A stretch of 60,512 nt of DNA, filler included, from Hausera hauseri (Eukaryota): assembly GCA_046269625.1 (NCBI GenBank). It is 12 parts of 12 records of this genome, joined end to end, with 100 filler letters (N's around TTAATTAATTAA, not from the genome) between each part and the next. Parts side by side here need not be neighbours in the genome. Positions count along the whole stretch, not along the records: positions 35,359 to 39,379 come from JBJURY010813421.1; positions 39,480 to 45,361 come from JBJURY010174750.1; positions 45,462 to 49,511 come from JBJURY010793646.1; 9 more parts are not named here. One strand, given 5' to 3'. The notes below the pieces were generated by a model that had not been told where the DNA came from, ran no database searches, and worked only from the letters and a program-made list of their open reading frames with translations. This document shows, piece by piece, positions 35,701 through 49,080 of this stretch (its first letter is position 1; the number at the start of each line of letters is the position of its first letter). The translations under genes were made by a program, and so were the position numbers.

Positions 35701-35920
35701 ACATAATATCCAGATGTTAATCATTACATAATATTCAGATGTTAATCATTACATAATATTCAGATGTTAATCATTACATAATGTTCCAATGTGTTTCGTT
35801 ACACAATATCCCGTTGTTAATCATTACATAATATTCCTATGTGCATCATTATATAATATTCCTATGTGCATCATTATATAATATTCCAATGAGTATCATT
35901 ATATTCCGATGTGTATCATC
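35701..35920. repeat. 25-bp minisatellite, about 9 diverging copies (ACATAATATTCAGATGTTAATCATT)
   Basis: Direct tandem units are visible in the sequence. Confidence 0.85.
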
Positions 35921-37335
35921 AAAAGTTAAATTATATATTACGTAATACACAAACAGATATCAGTAAATAAACAGTTGTTGACTGAAACGTATGTAGAAAA
36001 AAAACGTATGAATTTGATGAAAAAAGATATTTGACATGTTTCGTTTACATAGATCAACGTGTTTTATCGATAGTTTTATGAAAATATATTCTACGTACAT
36101 TAAATAATATCAAATATAATTTTACACACGTTTTACCCATTAAATTATATGACTAATTGATTTTTCCCTACACGGTTTGTGTTCATCAACTTGGTTACAC
36201 CGCACAATTTCAGAAATAAATCTCCCGACTAATAAAAATTGGGAAAGAAAAAAATTTTAATTAAAAACATTCTTTGATTTGATCGTCAAATATTTTTTCA
36301 CATTGTTAAAAACTAAATGTATCCTTTTCGTGATGTGTTATTAATTAACCGGTTATTAATTTTCGACTTTGTATCAAGTAAATTGTTCAATGTTAAATAT
36401 TTCCGTGATACATACCATCTGTGAATTATGCTTTAAGTAGTATGTTTATCTCAAATATAAAATGATGTACAAAAGTTAACACTGATTTCAACTACTAAAA
36501 AATTATATAAATAAAATTCACAAAATTTTTCAAAAATTTCACAAAAATTATGGAATAAACACAATGAATTACAACAAATAATTACCTCCTCACAAAGAGC
36601 CAACATTCGCCTCGTACTTTCCAATGACTTAATAATAGGTCATATTAACGAAAATTATGTCTGAGGAAAATTACCTCGTCTGTCGCTGTATTCATTTTAA
36701 ACTGGATCATTTGGAGCTCTGTTATCTGATTAGTTATCTGATTAATATTAGTTATCTGAATAAATGATGTAATATTTTTGATGTAATAAAACACACAAAG
36801 CAGTATGTTTAATATCAGATATTTTAATTTGTGTACTTGTTCCTTAGATATATTTGAATAAATGATTTATGCCTTTTGTTGAAAAGAATTTTGCGTAAAA
36901 TTAAGGATTATTTACCTTAGAATTCATTCAAAAATATTCGTTAATAATTTGCAATGACTGATGCAATAAAACAAAGTAATGTCAATATGATTAATATTAG
37001 AATTATTTTAATTCAATTTGCAATGAAACACACAAAGTAATGTCAAAATCGCGTTCAAAAATACATCAAAATTCGTGTAATTTTAGAAATTTTGACAAAT
37101 TTAGACGTTCATTCAAATAGATTTTATGATACAATTTTTAACCTAAATTTATTTTATAGGTTATAGAGGACAAACACAGCTACAAATTGCTCCTTGTCAC
37201 CACCAAGTTAGAATGATCATAACATGAAAAAAGTGCGTTCAAATATACCTCAAAATTTAAGTTCTCTTCAATGAACATATTAAACATTGACAATAAAATG
37301 AAGACCTTTTTTTTCATAAAAATACATTTATTTGA

Positions 37336-37678
37336 TTACAAATATTGGCTTACAAGCCATTCTATACAGTAATTGCCACACAACGTAGTTAATGGGTTTT
37401 GATACATAATGTTATTGTATTCCACAGGGGCTGACATTCTCTCTAATTTCGTCACCAAAGCAGGAGGGTAGTACATTCCAAGCGGATCGAAGACTCGAAT
37501 AATATCTGATCTGACATCAATAGCTAACCAGTGTTCTCCTGGCAAATTACTAGTGTGACTATTAACAACATAGGCACCCTTTTGAAGGAAATCTGGCAAT
37601 TGATCTAACGAAAAAACACCTCTGAAACTTTTCCCCAATTGCCGTTTCAGCTCACTGTGTATCTGAAATGTACTACAT
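37336..37678 (-). pseudogene. Polinton/adintovirus adenain-like cysteine protease (PRO)
   Basis: FRGVFSLDQLP..VVNSHTSNLPGEHWLA..FDPLG..YQNPLTTLCGNYC has the His/Asp/Gln/Cys set. The likely ATG (37676-37678) is out of frame by 1 nt. Confidence 0.9.
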
Positions 37679-37748
37679 TAAGTAAAATATAATGATCAAA
37701 ACAATAAATTACTTCATTTCACCACTGCACTGCTGTACTTATTGATGT

Positions 37749-38057
37749 TTATATGAACACTTGACCGATTTTACTTATTTGAATCTCAGAATCAAATAAG
37801 CCGTATGCAATTAAAGTTAATGGAACTTCAAGGGCCTTGCTAAATCGAATGTCTAGTTTTAAATTTCCTGTTTTTGGTAATTGTGTTTGTTTAATACTGA
37901 AATCCGGTGGTAGAAAAAATGTGAAAAATGGATATCTTTCATTAAAATCTTTAAGTGCTATACCATTATTTTGATTCGAATTGAAAAATCCCAAGTTACG
38001 TATAACTGACCGCACATATGCTTCCGTGTAATCATTCTTCCAAAAGTCCACAGTGTG
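37749..38057 (-). pseudogene. Polinton/adintovirus major capsid protein, C-terminal part; upstream part replaced by an LTR-like insertion
   Basis: DYTEAY..LGFF..NNGIALKDF..FFTFFLPPD..GNLKLDIRFSKAL..LTLIAYGLFDSEIQI is a typical double-jelly-roll MCP end, and it lies next to PRO. Confidence 0.85.
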
Positions 38058-38170
38058 TGTGGTGCCCACGCCGATCGTTCGCCCTCCGGCCCATTCGGTT
38101 GGGCACGGCCGGGTTTTCCGCTGCCGGCTCGTCGGGCGCATAGGCAAACCCCGATTTTTTGCCTCGAAAG
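38058..38170 (+). mobile_element. TGTGGTGCC-family LTR head, copy 3 (diverged; 3' end not determined)
   Basis: TGTGGTGCCC..GCCC..GGCCCATTCGGTTGGGCACGGCCGGG. It begins exactly where MCP similarity ends. Confidence 0.6.
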
Positions 38171-41039
38171 AAGATAAAGGCTATAGAATGGCAACTTGAC
38201 GCCTAATAGTATTAAGAGTCACTTGAATATCGGCTTAACTTTTGAAACAGATTTGCATCTTCACGAAAAGCACAGTTGAGAAAAGAAGACGATGCGAGAT
38301 ATCCAATTGAGTTTGGCATTAATTTTCAGAGCAAATACCATTCTTGCCATCACAGATTCATAAGTTCACCGAAATTGTCTCAGATTTCTTATGTCGTATG
38401 ACTGTTAAAGAGTCAGTTGATCTAACACGATATATTGTACTATATTCAATTTTCAAGTGACACGTTCTGTGATTCTTGTTGAATAGAAGTCGATTAATAC
38501 TCAATTAGATTCTCTGCGAAGACTGGGCAATTAAATATTCATTTGTTTATCTTGAATTATTGCAACGTTCAAAAAGTTGATTTTACTTTTATTAAATTTC
38601 GTTTTTGTCCTAACGAATGAAATATTTGACTCGGTTATAGATGGAGATTGTGGATTTTATCGGCATTTTCGTTTTGGCATGTATGTTCCAATTAATTTCG
38701 TGTGGCGTTTTAGATTATAAATTATGGCGATTCTTTACAAACGGTTTCAAAATATCAGTTGTGGAATAATGAAGAAGTACAAAGAGTTTCGAATTTTCTA
38801 ATATTTTGCGTTTTATCGCAGTTGTGTCAAAATTTTCAAATTGTTGTTCTAGATTCTATCAGAATTCGTCGCGTGCTCATATGCAATTTACGTATCAATT
38901 CTATTCGGTTTGACATCAATATTCCCAGTCGAACATATGAACAACTAAATAATTTTTATCTTTTTCCATTACGGAAGTACAAACGAAATTTTTGTTTTAA
39001 TATTGTAAAAATGTTTAGACATTGTATTTTCGTTCAAATAAAATTGATTTTCAGCAACATTTATTTCTAATTCTGCGAACAATATTTTACTTTGAAATTT
39101 TATTTCGTTCGAAATTTGTGATTTGGTTATTGCAGATATTTACTGGTATTTTAATTTGCCTAATCTGTCGGTTATCGGATATTTTAACTTGCTCATAACA
39201 AATTGATTTTAGACATTTTGATTTTGTACAATTGTTGGAATTTTGATATTTCATTACTCAGTTGGAATTATTCGTTGGAATTATTATCCAATTACAGACA
39301 TTTAATAATTACAATCTATAATCAAGTATGTCTATGAATCTTTTACTGTTCTGATTTTATTACTGTTTTATGATCAGATNNNNNNNNNNNNNNNNNNNNN
39401 NNNNNNNNNNNNNNNNNNNNNNNTTAATTAATTAANNNNNNNNNNNNNNNNNNNNNNNNNNNNNNNNNNNNNNNNNNNNTGTGCGGACTTAGAAAGCCAC
39501 ATCAAAAGGAAAAATGGAAAAAGATCGCAGATCAATAGTTTAAGAAACCAAATTATGTTCCCAAACCATGAGGAAACTAAATACATAATAAAAGCTTGAA
39601 TCGCAGAACTGGACGAATATAAGGACGAGTTTAGTTACGCCGAACGGATTATAATTTTTTAAGAGGACCAGATAATGAGTTAAAAGATGCGTATAAGATG
39701 TTAGATAAAGCAATAATGGCGAATCCAGTAATCGCGAACCAATTGTCGGAATGGTCCGAATTAGTAAACCGACTAAGCAAATTAGTAGAAGACCGAATAA
39801 AAGAATTTCCGCAAAGCGAGCCAATGGTAAAGAAGCAACTAGCAGAAAGTGCACATGACCTAGGCACAATACGAATAGAAATAGACATTTGTACTCAATT
39901 CGAAGCATTAAGACGGTTAAAATTTATGAAAAGAGAACAAGAAATGTCGATATTGGAGGAGATCTATAAATTGATCGAAGAAACGAACTTCACGGAAAAA
40001 CAGAACATGATTTACGATGTAAACTTAAAATTGAAGGTTGCTCGATTAGAAAGAATTAAATACTTAAGGGGAAAACCGATCGACAAGATCTTTGCCCAAG
40101 ACATTGAAACTTTAGACATCTGTCCCGAACATCGAGATACGTTAACAGACGCAATAAAATTCTTGCATAGACCATAAGAATGGATGACCGGATCAGATCA
40201 GAATTTTTATGTAAAGTTGACAAAATTAGGAAACGATCCACATTTTAGTTTTCAGGAACACAAATTAGTAAAGAAATTGTCGGATGCAATGGACCCCGAC
40301 TCAAAAGTCATAAATGAGATGTATGAGTTAGCCTATCTATTGGTTGAAATGGCGGAGATTAGTGATGAGAGAATGAGGCAATTGATGCCCAAGATACAGA
40401 AAGTAGAAGAAACTTGCATTAAAACAAAACAAATAGCAACAAGGTTGAATGAACTAACGAAAGAACTTGAAGTTTATAGGAACAAATATGCTTTTACTGA
40501 GTCAGATATCAAAAATAAACGAGAATTTGTACAAAGATGACAAAGAGATGTAATTATCGAACTAACTGATTACCATTAAAAAGGATTCATCGATTCTAAT
40601 GAATTAGGCGAATTACTAAAAAAGCTTCAGTACGCTTGCGGGAACGGAATAGGTTTCCGAACCAGACAAATGAAAGAAATACAACCGAGATTGAAGGAAA
40701 TTCGAGAAAATATGCAAAAAACGAAAACAGCCGTAGTAAACTATGAACTTCCAGATATTGAGAATAAACCAGAATGAAATGTCTATTTAGAATAAATAGC
40801 TGCCGAAAACCCGGTGACTCCGGTACACCTCGATGAAATACAAACATATCCGCAAAATAGGAAATTTAATGTAGAGATGCTCTTAGATTCAGCGTTAACT
40901 GAGAAGGATTTAATGGAATCAATTAATGTGAATATGACAGACCTTAAATAAATTATCTAGCGAGAATACAATTTACAACACAGTGCCAAAACTTTTGATA
41001 AAGAAGTATGCAATTATTTTAAGAACTAAATTTGAGGCA

Positions 41040-41260
41040 GTGATGGGAGTATGATATCATCCGACTGGATGGAAGAAAAAGAATGTGAGCTAACTACTTA
41101 TTCCTACGTAAATGACGTAAGAGAATGGTTATTAAACAAGGGCGAAACAAATGAACTAAATTACAGATTTTACTTTAGAGGGAGAATACTCGACGAATTT
41201 AGAGCAGTTAATAGACGTCGGAATTATTCCCAGCGAAACAAATCTGATAGTAGTAACAAT
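41040..41260 (+). pseudogene. Ubiquitin-like domain (copy 2, frameshifted)
   Basis: ISSDW..VNDVREWLLNKG..NYRFYFRGRILDE, then in a shifted frame LIDVGIIPSETNLIVV. Confidence 0.65.
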
Positions 41261-41978
41261 AACTAATGAACAGACAAAAGAAGAAGCCACGCGGAAGGTT
41301 CAAACGGAATAATGCTTAGGACAAATCATGTGAGTAAGAAACGCTGCGATGTATTTCGAATATTTACAGACAGATAAAGACAAGGAACAATATGACAAGA
41401 ATCTAGTACCGTTAGGCGGAATACCAACAAATGCTCCAAGACCAAAACGCCCAGTCAGCAGGCCCAGGAAGCACCGAGAAGAAATCGACTATAATGGAGA
41501 ACTGATTAGAGAGTTAAGACAAATTTTGATTCCCACTTTTAGTACAAATAATGAAAAATTAAACGAGTTAATGAAACATTTAATACGTATCGTAATTTAT
41601 TCGAGTCTAAGCGGAGATACTTTTGATGATAAAGAAAAGGCGATATTTAACGCAGCTAGAACAATGAGGGGCTCGCGGTTTAAACTGTCAAAAAGTAGCA
41701 TATATGACGACGCAGTAGTTGAAAAGATTATAGTGGAGAATACGGTAGAAGAGCTAAGAAAGTTATTATTTTACTTAGAAATCAAGAAAAATCCAAATCA
41801 GGAAAATGAACTAAATCGAGCTAGGAGTTTGGTGCAAAAAGCATCTAGGAAACTTCCGTGTGAAATAAATTGGCCAAAATTGTTTGACAAGGAAAAAGAC
41901 AAGAGGAATAACAATAGACTCTAAGACATCATACGGAACCTGACGACAACGGATAATAACAACCGGAAGAACGAAGCA

Positions 41979-43874
41979 AACTGGTTAATCAGCTTACTCA
42001 CCATAATGATGCTAATAACACAGATGGGTACGGTTACTGTTTACGATTTTGATAGATTCAAACTTGGACAAAAATATTCATTAATGGACTTAAAAGCATG
42101 TGAAGACGCCAGACCACACAAATTGGAAACAAAAGAAAAGAACTATTTCCTATACCAACAACAAGAATTGATATCTCTGGATGGCATGGAATGTATGCTG
42201 AGACGATCTCGAAGCATTTTTCACCGTGGGTTAATTCACGGGCACTCGTCAATAATTAAACCAACAACTCCTCAAATTCCCAGGAATTTGGAAAGGCAAC
42301 ATTGTAAACAAGCCCGAGAAACTGGAAGACTGAAATGGGATAGCATAGAATTGGAAATGCAACCCGGAAAAATAATCAGAGCATATAAGATAGTAGCCGG
42401 AAGGCTAGACATGCATAACGGGCACTGTAGTGGAACAGAATACGATACCGGAAAAGGACTGGTAGCAAACTTAGTGGTAGTAGACTTTTACGAATCGGTA
42501 ATGCGAGTTCAAAAAGTAATGTTCTATAGCGTCACTAAGTTATATACTGAGAATCAAAAATGTCACATGCAATACGGAACTTGTGCCTTCAGAAGTTCTG
42601 TCGTCATATGGAAACCGCCCACCGGAAAAGCCTGTAATCTTATTAAGATTAAGGAATTAAAATTTAATGAAACTACCGGAAAACCATACGTAAATAAATC
42701 CGATATCAGTTCAAGAGCACGTGAAGACGTATCAGAGCATCACACACCTACAATATTAAACTCTGATCAACATGGATTGAAATTCATAAAAAGAGAAATG
42801 ATTTCACGATGCGAGGTAGTGATGTTTACCACTAACTACGAAGCCTTCTTCGTCGCATAAACGGAGATAAACGCGAAAACCTACAATTTAGAAACGCAAG
42901 ACATTCGAATCGAGGATTATCTGAAAAACCGAGATGATTATTTCCATTATAAGGGACAGGTTGGAATAGCCGAACTATACCATAAATTGATGACTAGCAA
43001 CTGTAAATTAGATACGGAAATTATAAGGACAAAATTAGCCCTTATTTATGCGAATTCTGAGTTAGCCTCACCGATCATTCCTATGAGAGAAGGAATTTTT
43101 GGTCGAGTTACTAGTGAAGTTCTACTGACAGACGAATGCGAGAAAAGAGACGTACCAATTAATGTCGAGGAAAAACAATGCATACAAGAACTTCCTGTGA
43201 TCTATCAGAATACTCCGCGCTTAGATATGCCTCTCACTAGAGTGTTACTCGATAATGCGACGCAACCAACCATTCTAAAGGATTGTCAGGCAAGTTTGGG
43301 TGAACCGATGTTTAAGCGTAGCAAAATAGATTGGGTTAACCTACCTAATGGACACGTCACTACCATTCCAAAAAAACTAACTGGGACTAATTTAGCGAAA
43401 GGAATTACCGACGACAAGTTCCAGGATACATGTCAAAAAGACATTTACCGACCAAAAGAGATCGAAGCTTTTCGACAATTTCTTGCTTTTCCACGACAGC
43501 GAACACACGAATTAAACCGGGCCATGGCATCAGTAGTAGACGATACCCGATATCAGGCTAAATGGGAATCCTTGCTTGGCGCAAACCATTACCAACGGGT
43601 AACCACAGAAATACTCTACAAAATATGTGGAAGATTTTTAATTTTTGGACAAGCTGCATCTGGATTCTTAGCAATCTATTTCATAGTACAATTATTAAAG
43701 GCGGTAATTCAAGGAGTTATAAATGGGTATGAAATAATCACGCTAGCAGGATTTTCTTCCAAGATTTTAACTGCAATTATCACACCATTTGGCAAAATGC
43801 TAAAAACATACGAAGAAAATCGATGGAAAAATGACGTTGAACGCCATGTTGACTACTATAATTATAAACGATGA
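41979..43874 (+). pseudogene. env: Chuvirus-type class III fusion glycoprotein (family A copy 2)
   Basis: NWLISLLTIMMLITQMGT-VTVYD...AGRLDMHNGHCSGTEY...CIQELPVIY...FLIFGQAASGFLAIYFIVQLLKAVI. One in-frame stop at 42858-42860. Confidence 0.87.
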
Positions 43875-44469
43875 GCAAGACCCATATTTCGATTAAAACA
43901 CAAGGCTAAGAAAGCAACGACACGAGGAAACAATTGCGATGATGACGAGCCTAAGGGAGGGGAAGCAGTCCTCGGGCAAAATAGACATAAAATGTATTCA
44001 GTAATTAGAGCACCCTATTCAGTAATTAGAACACCTATATACGAGGACTGTGACAAAACATCTATGATGTCCTATAGATCAGCATTCTGTCAGAAATCTT
44101 TCAGCTATGAAGATCCATATGAACAAACAGAACAATATGGAGTATTAAAGAAAATGCAGGTCACTAATCAAAGACCAGCAGCATATGACCACTGGATAAT
44201 GTACTCACCGAGAATAACTCGTAATATAGAGACCAGATCAACAGTCTGGGGAACACAAGGAGTGAAATCGTTCCAAAATCCAATAGTGCAAAAACCATTA
44301 ATTAAGAACAATACGAATAACATGGCAGTTAACGACTTATACCCTAACGAAGAACTGAAACAGCTGAACGAAAATATTATTTCATCACCAGAGATAACGA
44401 TAAACGGGCATAAAATTTCTTCGATTAAACGACCAAATGATGTGTCGAGTTGTTACGGGTCAGTCATGG

Positions 44470-44810
44470 AAGGAAGACCCTTCACAAAAATTACTATCGA
44501 AGATTGGGAAGTTTATGCCTTAATAGACACCGGATCGGCGAAATTATTTATAAAATTAGAATCAATACCACCGGGCACTATGAAAATAACTGCAGCCAGC
44601 ATCATTGTCAAATCCAGGTATCATAGGAGCCTTCGGGCAAGAATCCAAACCAAAATTTAAATGGAGTCCTTTAGTCCAATTAATGGGTCAAATTTTACGA
44701 CACGAGTTTGCCATAATGGATCAATTAACCGACGATGTAGTGCTAGGTTGCGACATACTGAAACAATTACCCAATATCGCAATAAACTTACAGACTGGAA
44801 GAATACTTGA
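44470..44810 (+). pseudogene. pol: Retropepsin protease (family A copy 2)
   Basis: RPFTKITIEDWEVYALIDTGSA...DDVVLGCDILKQL, with a frameshift near 44580. Confidence 0.87.
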
Positions 44811-45461
44811 ACTTGGACCAGTGAAAGGTATTAAAACAATGAAAGAAAGGAAGCAATGAGAAGTATGGATCCCCGTTGACAAAAATATTCCGCCCAAAAC
44901 CGAAATGTTAATTGATGCTCAAATCCGCGAAGAGGATTGTTGTTATTTGAATTGGTAGGCAGGTATTCCATTGAACCTTGCGATAAATGATAAAACTGGT
45001 TAAATATAATTAATTTAACCTCAATTCGTTGGTGCGTGAAAATTGAGTTATTTGTTTCCCAGCGCACCATTTTCACTTTTGCACTACTCGTTAAGTTCGT
45101 GCATATACATTTTATTTGAACCAACATCTTTATAATTCCAAAAGGTGCCTTCTTGAAATACGTAAATGAAAATTAACGAAAACTCAAAAAAAATCTTTAT
45201 TCAATATTAAATTTTGCGTTATCACTTTTTATTTTATTTTCGTGCATTTAAAACAAAACCGTAACAAAACTATATGTGCATATATACATTATAAAATTTT
45301 GGGGTCTGAACTCCGTTAATAAAAAGCAACCGCAGCTATGTCGCGTCACCGTAAAAGGAATNNNNNNNNNNNNNNNNNNNNNNNNNNNNNNNNNNNNNNN
45401 NNNNNTTAATTAATTAANNNNNNNNNNNNNNNNNNNNNNNNNNNNNNNNNNNNNNNNNNNN

Positions 45462-46100
45462 TAAGGAACTATCGGTTCATATCAACAACGTAAATCCTGC
45501 CCTTTCGTAGATGATACCACTCCCATTAAATCTTCTACCCCCTATATGACTCCTGCGCCTTTTCCTTTTTCACTTCCGCCATCACCTGAGCCCCTTTCCA
45601 TTCCGATCCCTATTTCTACTCCTTTAAGAGACCCTACCCCAAACTCCACTTCTACCAATCTAACATTTTTTACTTCCTTTTTTACTACATCTCCTCCTCC
45701 AACTCCTTCTTCGTCCTTGAACGACACAACACCTTACACGACGAAATCCGACATTGTTATACCTCAATCATTTCAGCAAGCAGACTCAAAGAGATTAAAA
45801 AATCGCAAATAAGTCACGTTTAGTACCAACAGTAAGGAGATTAACACTGCAGGGGTACAACGTCATATTCAAACAAAGACCACTTAGGTAGCCTACACCT
45901 TTTCTACACATTTTCTATTTTCTTACCTCTCTAATCGTTGCTTTGCCACGGGGGTTCTGTTGTGACCAGCCAGGCCGTGCTCCTTTGACCCATTTTATTG
46001 ACCTGTAAATACACTCTTATTGTTTTTCTCTTTCGTTGTTATTTGTCTTTGTAATTTCCGACGATTTGATGCGCTTTTGTCGTTTATATCCCATTGTACC
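45462..46100 (+). mobile_element. 3' end of a gypsy (CsRn1-like) element: integrase tail, P/T/S-rich extension, PPT-like GGGGG (45950-45954) and a probable LTR start near 45958
   Basis: ELSVHINNVNPA resembles the integrase-end motif VSIDRLKPA. A G-run is followed by TGTTGTG. The LTR end is not defined. Confidence 0.4.
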
Positions 46101-46429
46101 AGAATATAGCTGTTTGTAGCCTATGATAAATTTGACCTGACGAAAGTCAAACAGTACATTTCATTATTCAACTATTTGGTTTGGCAACATCGCTTTTACT
46201 AATTTTCTGGGGAATTCTCGGTGTATGTTTTACCGATGAAGTTGGGATCAGCTTGATTTTGCGTCGCTTTAATGTCAAAACAATTTCAAAAAACATTTTG
46301 TTCAAACCTTTTGCCGTTGTATATGTGCCATTCACAGTCGGGGATTTTAGTTGAAATCGAATCCGAACAGACGTTTTCAATTACGTGTCTGCACAGAAAT
46401 TATCGTAGATTGTCGGAATAAATATTGAA

Positions 46430-46925
46430 CAAAAACAGTAAACCTCACTGTGTAAACTGCTTCAGTAATAACCAGACATCCATCTCCATTGGTAAAAACA
46501 GAAGGTCAAGATTGAAGATTAACGTGCACAGTTTACGGAAAACCAAAGCCACAAATATCATGATATTTAGTCATAAACAGTTGTGCAAATCATGAATTAT
46601 TGCCTATACATTTTGTATTAGGAGCCTATGACTCTGATATATTTGTTTCAGAAGGAAACCTTTGTTTCCAGATCAAACTGAAGCATGCATGGAACCTATC
46701 GATGTGTTGCGCAAAACATAATGGGACGTGAAAGTACTGATATTGTATCCACCAGAAATCTATATGGCCAATGAAATAACTCAAAATCTCTACCATGCTA
46801 CTGTTATTGTATGCACTCTAAGTTCATATCCTCTGGGTTCAATAACTTGGCATTTTGATATTAGAAACATCACTCTGAAAACCAGCATATGTGGCATGTT
46901 TAACGATAAATCAATAAAGTATTGA
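46430..46925 (+). pseudogene. Immunoglobulin I-set repeat gene relic (cell-adhesion type)
   Basis: VITRHPSPLVKTEGQD*RLTCTVYGKPKPQIS*Y; HGTYRCVAQNIMG; LYPPEI..IVCTLSSYPLGSITW. Stops and frameshifts. Confidence 0.75.
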
Positions 46926-47039
46926 GTTTGAGTTTATAAAAAAGAGCGAATTTAATTGTCTTGATTAAAGTTAATTTCAGGAATTAATCATGAAATTTCG
47001 GATTTTTAAAGAAATAGTTATACAACAACAGTTACGTAT

Positions 47040-47735
47040 ACCAGCAAGGGACAGTTTCGGCGGTCAATGTACATTGCCGATGGATTGGTTGCAGTGCTGT
47101 TAAACAGGAAAGAAGTCGTTCTGGGCCGGCCAAGTTACATCGGACAAGTGATATTGGACCTGAGCTGGTTGCGGATGTATGAGCTGCAATATCGCTACTT
47201 GGCACATTACCGGCAAATGTTTGATGGTTGCAATATTTACATAATTGCCGGTGACACAGTTTTTTTCCTGCGGCTGAAAAACGTCAATCGCGAACAGCTA
47301 CTGCAGCAAATGCAGTCAGATGGATTACTGGACACGTCCAACTACTCACCAAATCATCCGTTGTACAGCAGCGCGATCACCAATAAAATCGGCTGCTTCA
47401 AGGATGAAAGTGACGGTCGTGTCCGGTATCGGAAATGGATATTCCTACGCCCAGTGCTAGTCTTCTAACGGACTGTGGACCGAAAATGCGGGCAAAAGAA
47501 GTCCAGCTGAGACAGACAGAAATCGGCCACGGTGATTATCGCCGTATATATGAAGCAGCAGCAAAAAGAAGGAGGACAATCAGTGGCTGTTGAGTCTCAA
47601 ACGATCGTCCGACCAATTGAGCACCAGCTGTATACAATAACTAGTGCGAAAGTCGCTTTGTCATGTAACGATGATAAGCTAAAGTGGATGGGGCGAAATA
47701 AGAGTTGGGCGTATGGACATTGGCGGCTGGAATAA
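47040..47735 (+). pseudogene. Polinton/adintovirus protein-primed family B DNA polymerase, C-terminal part
   Basis: RPSYIGQVILDLSWLRMYE..IAGDT(DS lost)..LDTSNYSPNHPLYS..KIGCFKDE..FLRP..HQLYTITSAKVALSCNDDK..AYGHWRL. Confidence 0.85.
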
Positions 47736-48659
47736 ACTCATGTCCAAACAATCAGTGCTCTGTCGATTCAGACAAATCAGTTCAGTTCAGTTCAGTTCAG
47801 TTACTGTGACAATCACTGACAATTATCCTATGTATATTGTTTTGTTGAATATTTCAATAGCGTATTTTGTTCAGTGTCTTTCGTCTTTTGTTTTCGGTTT
47901 TTTACTTAACCTATTATTATTAAGATAGAAGTAATAGTAAAACAATAACCTTGTTCGAGAAAACAAAATATGTAAGACGAATACATTTATTTATTGATCG
48001 CAGAAAAACTAAAATCACAAAAACACAGTCAGTTAAACCATAGTAAACTTTCCCATTTTCCATATTGGAGATTTGACGCCGCCCCTTTCCTTGAATCCTT
48101 TGAGCTTGAGTGTCAGGTAGCCTTTAGCTCCTTCCGGTAGCAAAACTGCCTCTGCTGTTTCTCCGCCATGTGATCTGACAATTTTTGCCATATTTCCTTT
48201 GAGAAAAATCGATGATATATCTCAGATATCGTTACTCAACACCAAATCACTGTCACTTTTCTAACTGCGTCTTCCATTGTATCCAAATAATCGTCGCTGA
48301 TCTTTTTCACCAATAGACCATATTTCACCAGTTTAATTCTGACCGTTTGCGTCAATGGCAATTGAATAGCGTTGCGCAGATAATGTAAGTTGTATTCAAT
48401 AAACAACCGGGAATTTCTGAGCGAATATTCGCTGTACCGTGGCTTTTTTGAGAGACTCGCGGAACTGTCACCTGCTGAATTGTTTTCCAGACATTTTTTA
48501 AATAAGACAAACGTGAAATGAAATTGTATTCATATTTATATAAAATTTGTTCATTCCGGTTTGTTTTCATTGTAAACAATAGATATTTACTCTGTGAGTA
48601 TTGTCTCATATCACAATGATACAAATTACCTCCACGTCATTGAAGCCCATGTTCCGTTA

Positions 48660-49080
48660 TTAAAGAAGTCTTTCGTAAATGTGTACAATTTCCATTATAG
48701 TACATTTACATTCTGGACATTGGGCTGTTAATTTGGTGGAAAACATTTGACAAACAACAAGATGGCCACACATTAAGAATACCGTATCCACTTTTCTTTG
48801 TTTACATAGTACACACAAAGTGACAGACTCGTACTTTGTCCATTATTTTCTCTTTCAAGTTCGTTAATTCACCGTTTATCTTTCAACAGTATTAAAGTCA
48901 TTTGTACCGTACAATCGCTGAATGTACATTTGATTTAACACAATAATTAGATTTTCTATAGAGCTGCTATCTGTTGTTGTTGTCAACAATGCTATTGTCC
49001 CTAAATCTTCTTTAAATCCGAAATCACCTGCTGCTCTCGCAACCAGCTTACTATCAAGTACTTGCCACCATCGTAAAAGT
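48660..49080 (-). pseudogene. IAP-like C-terminus: UBA-like segment plus IAP-type RING finger
   Basis: Manual translation: VARAAGDFGFKEDL (UBA-like), then LCVLCKQRKVDTVFLMCGHLVVCQMFSTKLTAQCPECKCTIMEIVHIY, with one Cys replaced by Phe. Stops and a frameshift lie between them. Confidence 0.65.

Larger units (their letters stand above)
39480..44940 (+). mobile_element. Env-in-polyprotein Ty3/gypsy element, family A copy 2 (N-terminal region - Ubl - glycoprotein - PR)
   Basis: ORFs starting 41349, 42006, 42987 and 43992 are all in the same frame, broken only by isolated stops. Collinear with 14831-20273. Confidence 0.9.

Noticed and set aside
37336-47735. One Polinton spanning MCP/PRO and pPolB
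   Set aside because: They lie on different contigs separated by linkers, so linkage cannot be inferred.
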